From an uncultured Thermotogae bacterium (GTDB lineage: Bacteria > Bipolaricaulota > Bipolaricaulia > UBA7950 > UBA9294), in the NCBI GenBank assembly GCA_964552295.1, contig CAZKFV010000101.1:2401-66400 (forward strand): 64,000 nucleotides of DNA, in the 5' to 3' direction. Below the pieces are notes generated by a model. The model was not told the origin of the DNA. It did no database searches and saw only the letters and a program-made list of their open reading frames with translations. Numbering within the stretch: position 1 is the first letter of the stretch; the number at the start of each line of letters is the position of its first letter. The translations under genes and the position numbers were made by a program. Below, in pieces: positions 47,484-55,549 of this stretch.

Positions 47484-48332
47484 CTATTCTATCCCAACTA
47501 CTCGTCCTGGCGGAATAAGGGTAACTTTGAAGCCGAGCCCCTCATAGTGCCCACTTGCATCTGTAATCTCTCGTACTTTGTTCTTATACCGCGTTGATAT
47601 ATGTAGGCATATTAACTCTTTTCTAACCCCCGCAACGCGTGCAACCTCGATAGCCTCAGCAAGTGTAGCATGCTTATATTCCTTGCGATCCTTATCGTCT
47701 AGAAATGTTGTATCATGGCACAGCACCTCTGTTTGTGAGACGTATTCTGCTTTTATGGGTACTGAGTCGCCCCCGTAGGAAAAGAGCCGCTGATCATACG
47801 TCTCGCTAATCGCTTCTCTGCCTTTCTTCTTAACCATAACCATAATGTCTTCCTTAGAAGCCCCAGCAAGTTCCTTCCTAAGACGGTGTCGCACCTCAAC
47901 TATGTTATATCCAAGCGATGTTTCATTGTAGGTGTGCACGGTAGGGAAAGTCTCAATGTAGCGGGGAAGTTGGCCGCCTATGAGATCCACGCGATCACCT
48001 GCTTCTAAGGGAACCCACTCCAAATTGTAGTTCAATCGCCTGTTAGTACGTGCTATGAAGTTCATCATTTCAGAGATAAGATAATTACCTTTAGGGTAAT
48101 AAACGGTGAGATCTTTTTCTTTGTCACCCATTGCGTTATTGCGTATGTTAACTAGCGAGACAAGACCAGCAATATGATCAGCATGGCCATGAGAGAGAAA
48201 CACCCGCTTTATGGCAAAAGCCTTGTTTCCCAAGATGGAGCTTGCTCCCTCACCAGCATCAAAGAGTATGCGATCCGCGCTGTAATATACCCAGCTTGCA
48301 TAAAGTGCTTTAGAATAGATAAGTAGTCTCAT
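47484..48332 (-). CDS. MBL-fold metallo-hydrolase (RNase Z-like)
   Basis: The HxHxDH motif in FLSHGHADHIAGL, plus downstream His/Asp ligands. Confidence 0.75.
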   Translation of the reverse strand: MRLLIYSKALYASWVYYSADRILFDAGEGASSILGNKAFAIKRVFLSHGHADHIAGLVSLVNIRNNAMGDKEKDLTVYYPKGNYLISEMMNFIARTNRRLNYNLEWVPLEAGDRVDLIGGQLPRYIETFPTVHTYNETSLGYNIVEVRHRLRKELAGASKEDIMVMVKKKGREAISETYDQRLFSYGGDSVPIKAEYVSQTEVLCHDTTFLDDKDRKEYKHATLAEAIEVARVAGVRKELICLHISTRYKNKVREITDASGHYEGLGFKVTLIPPGRVVGIE

Positions 48333-48426
48333 TTGTGCAGCAATTATAGCCTCAAATCACACTCGCTTCATATTGTGCTAGAAGGCTTCTTGCACTAGAA
48401 TCCAGCTTTAGTGGAGGCGAAAAACA

Positions 48427-49686
48427 TTGTTAGATATTCATAAACTGAGAAAAGACGGAGAAGAGATAGAGCGCCGCCTGAGGACTAGGGACAGGTCGTT
48501 GAGCATCCAAGATATTCTCGAGCTTGATACCCAAAGGCTAGATATCATAAGCACGGTTGAAAACTTAAAGGCCGAGAGGAATCGCGGCTCGCAAGAGATC
48601 GGCCGCCTAAAGAAAGAAGGAAAGGGCACAAAAGATCAGATAGAGGCAATGTCTGCTGTGGCTGCAAGGATAGGCGAGCTTGATTCCAAGCTCTCTGAGA
48701 TAACAGAAAAGATTGATTATCTCCTATCGCTTTTACCCAATGTCCCTCACCAATCCGTTCCCCTTGGTAAGAAAGACCAAAAGGTGGTTTTGCGCACCTA
48801 CGGTCGACCGCCAGAAGCTGATTTTCCTTTCAAACACCACATGGAAATCGCCGAGGAAAAGAAGCTTCTCGACTTTGCCCGCGGCGCAGCGATCGCTGGA
48901 GCTCGCTTTCCAATGTACTTTGGGATGGGAGCAATGCTGGAAATGGCACTTATTCAGTTTATGTTCTTCTACCACACCCGTCGTGGTTATACACCTGTTT
49001 TCCCCCCCTTCCTAGCCAATCGCGAGAGTTTTTATGTCTCCTCACAGCTTCCCAAATTTGCACATGAAGACTACTACTGCGAGAAGGACGATCTGTACTT
49101 GGCGCCCACTGCGGAGACACTTCTAGCCAATCTCCATAGAGATGAGATACTCTCATTTGAGGATCTACCGAAGAAGTACGTAGCATATACCCCGTGCTTC
49201 CGTCGCGAGGCAGGAGCCTACGGAGAGGACGAGCGTGGGCTAATTAGGATGCACCAATTTAACAAAGTCGAGCTATTCAAGTTCACCTCTTCGGAAACAT
49301 CATACGACGAGCTGGAGACCCTGATAAAAGACGCTGAAGGCGTTCTCCAGGCACTTGATATCCATTACAGGGTTGTCTTGCTGCCAACACAGGATATGGC
49401 GCAACAGGCTACCAAGACAGTGGATATCGAAGTATACCTTCCCGGACAGGGCCGCTACTATGAAGTATCATCGTGCAGCAATTGCGAAGACTTCCAAGCC
49501 CGCAGGGGAAACACGCGCTATCGACCGTCAAAGGGCGAGAAACCAGAATACATCCACACACTAAATGGATCGGGCGTGGCAACTTCCAGGCTCATGGCCG
49601 CTATTCTGGAGAACAATCAAACTGTGGATGGATGGGTGCGTGTACCTGAAGTCTTACAAGAGATAATGCAAGTGGAGCGCTTATGA
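48427..49686 (+). CDS. serS: seryl-tRNA synthetase
   Basis: TTG start. N-terminal coiled-coil arm. Motif 2 TPCFRREAG and motif 3 LNGSGVATSRLMAAILEN. Confidence 0.93.
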   Translation: MLDIHKLRKDGEEIERRLRTRDRSLSIQDILELDTQRLDIISTVENLKAERNRGSQEIGRLKKEGKGTKDQIEAMSAVAARIGELDSKLSEITEKIDYLLSLLPNVPHQSVPLGKKDQKVVLRTYGRPPEADFPFKHHMEIAEEKKLLDFARGAAIAGARFPMYFGMGAMLEMALIQFMFFYHTRRGYTPVFPPFLANRESFYVSSQLPKFAHEDYYCEKDDLYLAPTAETLLANLHRDEILSFEDLPKKYVAYTPCFRREAGAYGEDERGLIRMHQFNKVELFKFTSSETSYDELETLIKDAEGVLQALDIHYRVVLLPTQDMAQQATKTVDIEVYLPGQGRYYEVSSCSNCEDFQARRGNTRYRPSKGEKPEYIHTLNGSGVATSRLMAAILENNQTVDGWVRVPEVLQEIMQVERL

Positions 49687-50453
49687 TTGAGCCTGTTAGC
49701 CATTCCACAACAGCGGATGTGATGGTCGAAGCTAATGGCCTGGAGAAGGTTTTCCGAACTCGTAAGGGCCAGGTCAGGGCCGTCGATGGTGTGTCGTTTA
49801 AATGTAAGAAGGGAGAGATCTTTGGTCTACTCGGACCAAACGGAGCAGGGAAAACTACAACGCTTCGTATACTGGCAACAATCTTGACGCCAACTCAGGG
49901 AAGGGCCATCCTAGCAGGATACGACACAACAGCTCACGCGGGGAAGGTTCGTGAACAGATAGGATTTCTAGCCACAGAAACAGGGCTTTACGATCGCTTC
50001 ACTGCCCGTGAAACAATCCGATTCTTCGGTAAGATAAACCGGTTAAGCGAAGAGGAGATAGCTTCTCGTACTGAGCAGATATTCTCCTTGTTAGAGTTGA
50101 GCAAGCTGGCTGATCGCAGGGTGGGAACATTCTCCACAGGCGAGAAACAGAAGCTGTCGCTTGCCCGAAGCATCATTCATAATCCGCCGATCCTCATTCT
50201 AGATGAGCCTACGTTTGGCCTTGATGTGATGGCGGCTCGTGCAGTTGTAGAATCTATAAAGCTGTTCCGTGATCAAGGGCGCACCATTATCCTCTCCACG
50301 CATATCATGCGTATTGCAGAGAAGCTTTGTGATCGTATCGGCATACTATACGGTGGCAAACTACGTGCGCTGGGCACCCTTAATGAACTAAGACAGACCT
50401 ATTCGGCAGCGGATATGGAGGAGGTTTTCTTCTCAGCGGTGGGGATTCCTTAG
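49683..50453 (+). CDS. ABC transporter ATP-binding protein (ABC-2 / NatA-NosF-like)
   Basis: The ATG overlaps the serS stop as ATGA. Walker A GPNGAGKTT, signature STGEKQKL, Walker B ILILDEP. Confidence 0.88.
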   Translation: MIEPVSHSTTADVMVEANGLEKVFRTRKGQVRAVDGVSFKCKKGEIFGLLGPNGAGKTTTLRILATILTPTQGRAILAGYDTTAHAGKVREQIGFLATETGLYDRFTARETIRFFGKINRLSEEEIASRTEQIFSLLELSKLADRRVGTFSTGEKQKLSLARSIIHNPPILILDEPTFGLDVMAARAVVESIKLFRDQGRTIILSTHIMRIAEKLCDRIGILYGGKLRALGTLNELRQTYSAADMEEVFFSAVGIP

Positions 50454-50578
50454 TCCGTGTCACAGAATAGAGTAATGCGACCTATGTGTACAACGAATTT
50501 ACAAGATGCTTCATTTTCAAGCTTGGATGTGTTATCCTATGACGGTTAACTCGACAGATTGTTAAGGAGGAGATAGTG

Positions 50579-52078
50579 ATGGGCAGGAAGGTCGCATTAG
50601 TAATGGCAACGGTTCTATTCGCTGTCGTTTCGGTCGTCCTGATGGGGGGGCAATCTGATGTTGGGATACGCTGGTGGAGGACCCATGAACCGATTTACAT
50701 CTACGGTGACGATGATTTCACGCTCAAAAACGGCGTCATCTCTGGATCTGGAAGCCAACAGGACCCCTACATCATTGAGGGTTGGTACATCGATGCTTGG
50801 GATATAGACTATGGCATATACATTGATCACACAGAAGCTCACTTCGTCATACGTGGCTGTGTGATAGAGAGGGCACGTGACGCGGCAATCTACTTAAACT
50901 CCGTAACAAACGGTAACATTGAGAAGTGCCAAGTTAGCCTAAGCCAGGTCGGAGTATGCTTCTTCAATGCCAACCAGAACAGACTTACAAATACCGTGAT
51001 CGCTGAAAACTGCTACGGCGTAGTTATGACGTTAGGCTCCAAAGATAACGTGGTTTATGCTAACAGCTTTTTTGACAACGGCTCGTCCGGCCTTGATCGA
51101 TGTAGCCTCAATAGCTGGTCGGGAGAGACCGGTAACTATTGGAGTGACTATAGCGCCCAAGACAAGGATGGGGATGGAGTTGGTGACCAACCTTACTATA
51201 ATAGGTTTTTCGATCCTAAACCCCTTGTAGAACCACCGGTTGAGCGGATGCAAGTTGCCCCAATGTTGACAGGAACAGCCGGAACACCGGTGTCTAACAA
51301 GGGACGAATGATCATAACATCACAAATGCCGATCACTCTAACTGCGACAGATCCGGGAAGCGGAGTAGATAAGATACTCTACTCTATCAACGGAGACGAT
51401 TGGCGGGAGTACACTGGGCCATTTACTTTGAGCGGATCAGACGGTGAATACACCGTCTATTACTACAGCGTGGATAAACTAGGAAATGCTGAGCCGTCAA
51501 CAAAGCTCACATTAGTCCTAGACAACAATCCCCCAGAGACAGCAATTTCCTTTGGCAGCCCTAATTACAGTGACGAGATGGGAACCTGGTTGACTTCCAA
51601 AACCTTAGTTATGCTGGATCTGGTCTCCGCGTCAAGTTACGGTCAGCCAAAGACATTTTATGCAATCGACGGTGGACCCTGGCAGCGGTACCACTGTCCA
51701 TTTCATATCACTGGGCCCGATGGACCACACCAAGTAAGCTATTACAGCAGCAATGCCTCGGGAATAACAGAAAAAGTCCATGTAGTTACAGTTCTCAAGG
51801 ACGATTCGCCCCCAATAACGCAACAGGAACAAGGCGCAATAGAAGAGAGCATGTGCCCGCAAAGTAATGCGACCACTAATTGGGTTGTGCCAGAACCACA
51901 AGAGCAGAATGAAGTATCTGTAACACCACAGCCAGAGGCATCGGCTGTGGTGCCTGTGGTGAAACCAGAAGTTGCAACCCCCTCGCAGACCACTGCCAAG
52001 CCTGCAAGCAACTTGCCCGATTCCCCTGATACATCTTCGGCCCCGACGACGGTTCAGACCCCCTCCACAACTGACTGA
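50579..52078 (+). CDS. secreted NosD-like parallel beta-helix protein with two Ig-like repeats and Pro/Thr-rich tail
   Basis: SD AAGGAGG lies 9 nt before ATG 50579. Signal MGRKVALVMATVLFAVVSVVLM. The beta-helix N-half is paralogous to the ORF at 7306 (QDPYIIEGWYIDA). Two repeats of the Y(S/A)I(N/D)G..W..Y..PF type. The tail is PEASAVVPVVKPEVATPSQTTAKP... Confidence 0.7.
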   Translation: MGRKVALVMATVLFAVVSVVLMGGQSDVGIRWWRTHEPIYIYGDDDFTLKNGVISGSGSQQDPYIIEGWYIDAWDIDYGIYIDHTEAHFVIRGCVIERARDAAIYLNSVTNGNIEKCQVSLSQVGVCFFNANQNRLTNTVIAENCYGVVMTLGSKDNVVYANSFFDNGSSGLDRCSLNSWSGETGNYWSDYSAQDKDGDGVGDQPYYNRFFDPKPLVEPPVERMQVAPMLTGTAGTPVSNKGRMIITSQMPITLTATDPGSGVDKILYSINGDDWREYTGPFTLSGSDGEYTVYYYSVDKLGNAEPSTKLTLVLDNNPPETAISFGSPNYSDEMGTWLTSKTLVMLDLVSASSYGQPKTFYAIDGGPWQRYHCPFHITGPDGPHQVSYYSSNASGITEKVHVVTVLKDDSPPITQQEQGAIEESMCPQSNATTNWVVPEPQEQNEVSVTPQPEASAVVPVVKPEVATPSQTTAKPASNLPDSPDTSSAPTTVQTPSTTD

Positions 52079-52083
52079 TCAGC

Positions 52084-53289
52084 ATGTGGAATAATGTTAG
52101 CCTTCTCTTTTCCAAAGAGCTCCTAGGAGCCGTACGCGACAGACGTACATTAATCCTTACGGTCTTCTTTCCGCTGATTTTTTACCCCCTTATTGTCGGT
52201 ATGATGGGGCGCTTTACCACAGTCGAACAGGGTAGACTCGACTCTATGATCCCCACAGTTATCGTGGTGGATCACTCGGATGATCAGATATTTAGCCAGC
52301 AAGTGCTCGAAACAACTTCTTTCTACCCTCTATTTGCCAAAAACGTGGAAAACGGCTTACAGCGCCTGAAAGAAGAGAACGGGCAAGTCATGATGGCGGT
52401 AGAAAAGGAGAACGGAGGTCCGGGAATCGGCCTCGATATTACCCTCTACTACGATCAGACCGACCAAATCGGTGTTGTTGCAGCTGCACGAGTTCGTGAC
52501 TTTCTCCAGGTATACCTAAATGATGTGCTACGGGGGAAACTCGATGAACTAGGCATGGATTACGACTCGCTTTCCCCACCTATCAATCTCACCGTAGAAA
52601 ACGTAGCTACCAGCGAATCGATAGGAAGGGTAATTCTCAGCAAGCTTCTACCGTACTTCATGGTACTGGCAATTCTCACCGGAGCTATGGGGCTAGGCGC
52701 TGAGATAACTGCTGGTGAGAAGGAGAGAGGGACTATAGCCACCTTGCTTGTCAGTCAGCTATCCCGCACCGAAATCGTGCTAGGGAAGTTCCTTACCATT
52801 CTCGCAGCTTCACTAACCTCTTCCATTCTTTCTGCTGTTGGCTTATTAGTCGGCGTGCATCTATTCGGTGGAAACCTTGCAGCTACAAGTGCAGGTCAGC
52901 AAGTAGAGGCAAGCTTCTCACTTAGCCTAGGAGCATTCGGATGGATTCTAGCCATTCTCATCCCGCTTGCCATCATCCTTTCTGCCCTGGTGGTGATTGT
53001 AGGAAGTTACGCCCGCAGCCAGAAAGAGGCAAGTATGTACCTAATGCCAATATACATGGTCATCGTCCTAATTGGGCTTGTTTCCATGACCGGGAGCACC
53101 AGCTTCATAGGCACTCGCTTTCTTATACCTGTTGCCAATGCCCTGTACGCTTTGCAGGAGATAATAATCGGCAATCTAGAGCTCTCACATATCTTTTACA
53201 CCCTGGCAGCAAACCTGATCTGCGGTGGTATCTTGATTGCAGCCTCAGTGAAAGCCTTCAAGAGGGAAGCTGTTCTCTTCCGAAGCTAA
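52084..53289 (+). CDS. ABC-2 type transporter permease (NatB/NosY-like)
   Basis: TM1, then a ~150-aa external loop, then 5 TM segments, as in the ABC-2 family. It begins 5 nt after the beta-helix gene stop. Confidence 0.75.
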   Translation: MWNNVSLLFSKELLGAVRDRRTLILTVFFPLIFYPLIVGMMGRFTTVEQGRLDSMIPTVIVVDHSDDQIFSQQVLETTSFYPLFAKNVENGLQRLKEENGQVMMAVEKENGGPGIGLDITLYYDQTDQIGVVAAARVRDFLQVYLNDVLRGKLDELGMDYDSLSPPINLTVENVATSESIGRVILSKLLPYFMVLAILTGAMGLGAEITAGEKERGTIATLLVSQLSRTEIVLGKFLTILAASLTSSILSAVGLLVGVHLFGGNLAATSAGQQVEASFSLSLGAFGWILAILIPLAIILSALVVIVGSYARSQKEASMYLMPIYMVIVLIGLVSMTGSTSFIGTRFLIPVANALYALQEIIIGNLELSHIFYTLAANLICGGILIAASVKAFKREAVLFRS

Positions 53290-53482
53290 CAAGAAACACC
53301 ACGGTTATTAGAAGCCCTTTATCAAGTTCTGAAATCACAATTGTAGTAATGTGTCCTGAAAGCAAGTTTTGGATATTGAATATCCGCCAACCCATGTTGT
53401 GTTAACAAATTTCCAAGTTGAATCTCGTATTCACCTTGGTTACCAAAGCTTAGCGCTGTCGTGAAAAGTTCCGTCTCTGTCA

Positions 53483-53950
53483 TCATACGCGCTTGCCGCG
53501 GCTGTAGTTCTTCATCGCCTCCTGTGTACGTCGACGCTCGTCTTCATCGCGCAACTTGCGTCTCTTATCGTAGGTTTTCCTCCCCTTTCCCAATCCTAGT
53601 TCTACCTTAGCTTTTCCTCTACTAAAATAGATGCGGAGGGGAACAAGTGTGTGTCCCCGCTCCTTGACTTTTGTATGTAAGCGCATTATCTCCTGCTTGT
53701 GTAACAAAAGACGGCGCTCCCGATCCGGGTCAACATTGAATATCGAGGCCTCCTTATAAGGAGCTATGTGCACTCCGCGCAGAGCGACCTCTCCATTTCT
53801 GATTACGGCGTACCCATCTTGGAGCGAGCAATTTCCATCCCGCAGGCTCTTAACCTCGCTCCCAACAAGAACAATCCCTACTTCGATGGTATCGAGTATC
53901 TCGTATTCGTGCCTTACTCTGCGATTGGTAGCAACAACCTTGATGTCCAT
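53483..53950 (-). CDS. smpB: SsrA-binding protein
   Basis: NRRVRHEYEILDTIEVGIVLVGSEVKSLR...LLLHKQEI is canonical SmpB. Confidence 0.93.
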   Translation of the reverse strand: MDIKVVATNRRVRHEYEILDTIEVGIVLVGSEVKSLRDGNCSLQDGYAVIRNGEVALRGVHIAPYKEASIFNVDPDRERRLLLHKQEIMRLHTKVKERGHTLVPLRIYFSRGKAKVELGLGKGRKTYDKRRKLRDEDERRRTQEAMKNYSRGKRV

Positions 53951-54049
53951 AAGGCAAGGCTACAACAACCATTCAAATTGCGCAACTTGGGTCCGGTTGC
54001 TAGCATACAGAAGCAGTTCATTGGCCATTGCAACCAAAAAGGAGTTGGG

Positions 54050-54568
54050 ATGAAGGTAAATGTCGGGAGCATGAACCGATTGAAAGTAGAAGCCGTTGAA
54101 GAAACATTTGGCGCAGTCTTTCCAAGCGACAGTATTCAAGCAAATGGTGTTCGGGTACCCTCCGGTGTTCCACCCCAGCCATTTGGAGATGATGTATCAA
54201 TCGGAGCCATCAACCGTGCGCAAGCGGCCCTTTTAGATGCCCATTATGGAGTAGGAATAGAGGCCGGGATCATTGACTTTCCCGGCTGTAGTCAAAGCTT
54301 CAGCGTGCAGTTCTGCGCTATCATAGATAGAAAAGGAATCCTGAGCGTAGGGCATGGACCGGGATTCATTATTCCCAAGGATGTTCTGATCCGCCTGAAA
54401 GGCGGGTCGGATCTAAATAGAGAGATGAGCCAGATATCGGGAATTGATAACATAAGTGAAAAGATAGGCGCAATCGGGTATCTATCCAATGGAATCATCA
54501 ATCGGCTTGAGATAACCCGTCAGGCTGTGCTGATGGCCCTTATCCCTCGTCTCAAGCAGACAAGCTAA
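54050..54568 (+). CDS. inosine/xanthosine triphosphatase-like (YjjX/DUF84 family)
   Basis: SD AAAGGAG lies before ATG 54050. MKVNVGSMNRLKVEAVEETF...GVPPQPFGD. The ORF-track start at 53768 runs antisense through smpB and is an artefact. Confidence 0.7.
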   Translation: MKVNVGSMNRLKVEAVEETFGAVFPSDSIQANGVRVPSGVPPQPFGDDVSIGAINRAQAALLDAHYGVGIEAGIIDFPGCSQSFSVQFCAIIDRKGILSVGHGPGFIIPKDVLIRLKGGSDLNREMSQISGIDNISEKIGAIGYLSNGIINRLEITRQAVLMALIPRLKQTS

Positions 54569-54965
54569 GGCTTACCCATACCTTGCGTGAACGGGGTCCG
54601 TCAAACTCGCACAAAAAAACCCCTTGCCAAGTTCCCAAGCAAAGCTTTCCTTGCTCAACAATCACAGAAACAGAAGAGCCTACAAGAGATGCTTTTATGT
54701 GCGCGGGAGAGTTCCCCTCGGCATGCGTCCAGGGCAAACTGTCTGGGACAGCTTTCTTCATCAATGTAATAATGTCCCGGGCTACAGCAGGATCAGCATG
54801 CTCATTGACGGTGAGGCCAGCTGTGGTGTGGGGGCAGAATACCGTGCAAACGCCGCTCGTAACCCCGGCCTTATCGATGGCTTGTTGTAGCTGAGCGGTA
54901 ATATCTACAAACTGATCTTGAGCGTTGGTTTCAATATTTAGTACCACGCTTGGCATAGGAGTCAT
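54552..54965 (-). CDS. yjbQ: YjbQ/UPF0047 family (secondary thiamine-phosphate synthase) protein
   Basis: FCPHTTAGLTVNEHADPAV and GNSPAHIKASL blocks. Confidence 0.8.
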   Translation of the reverse strand: MTPMPSVVLNIETNAQDQFVDITAQLQQAIDKAGVTSGVCTVFCPHTTAGLTVNEHADPAVARDIITLMKKAVPDSLPWTHAEGNSPAHIKASLVGSSVSVIVEQGKLCLGTWQGVFLCEFDGPRSRKVWVSLSLSA

Positions 54966-55549
54966 TCCTGGCGGAGGACAGACTCAAGCTTTTCGGTTAG
55001 TAGCGCCTTATCCTTGATTCCCTGAGCACGCAGAATCAGTTCCTGGTAGCGTTCAGTCTTTCCCCCACGGGCCAAACTAACCAGCATAACATCCTGTTCA
55101 GCTAGTGTATCCAGCAGCCTATAAACCAGTTTTCCATTGGTACTATTGGGTAACTTGATAGTAATTCGCGTACCCTCTAAACCGATGCCCAATGCGGTTG
55201 CGAGCGCTCGCAGCACTTCGCTCTGGGAGATTACCCCAACTAGTTTATCATCCTTTACTACTGGGAGCAAAACTAGCTGATTCTCAATCAATATAAGAGC
55301 TGCTTTTTCCAGCGTATCCTCTGGCTCTACCGCAAAACGCGCCTCAAAACACATCTTTTCTAAAGGGGTATCCCAGTCGGTCACCCCTTTTAGGGCTGCC
55401 TTAGTAATAAACCCTTTTAAAGCGGTATTCTTGTCCACCACCAGGAGAAGCGAGAACCCCTTTTCATCCATCACTTTCCTAGCTTCGGAGAGAGGAGCAT
55501 CCACTGCAACTGTCACCGGGTCGGAGTGCATGTAAATACCTACTTTCAT
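54962..55549 (-). CDS. CBS-pair domain protein with C-terminal ACT-like region
   Basis: Two CBS-like motifs (VTVAVDAPLSEARKVMDEKGFSLLLVV and LVLLPVVKDDKLVGVISQSEVL). 4-nt overlaps with both neighbouring genes. Confidence 0.7.
   Translation of the reverse strand: MKVGIYMHSDPVTVAVDAPLSEARKVMDEKGFSLLLVVDKNTALKGFITKAALKGVTDWDTPLEKMCFEARFAVEPEDTLEKAALILIENQLVLLPVVKDDKLVGVISQSEVLRALATALGIGLEGTRITIKLPNSTNGKLVYRLLDTLAEQDVMLVSLARGGKTERYQELILRAQGIKDKALLTEKLESVLRQE

Noticed and set aside
53290-54049. Looked for tmRNA (ssrA) next to smpB.
   Set aside because: The flanking gaps are only about 190 and 100 nt. They lack the tRNA-like GGGG...5' end, the T-arm/ACCA 3' end and any tag-reading-frame features.
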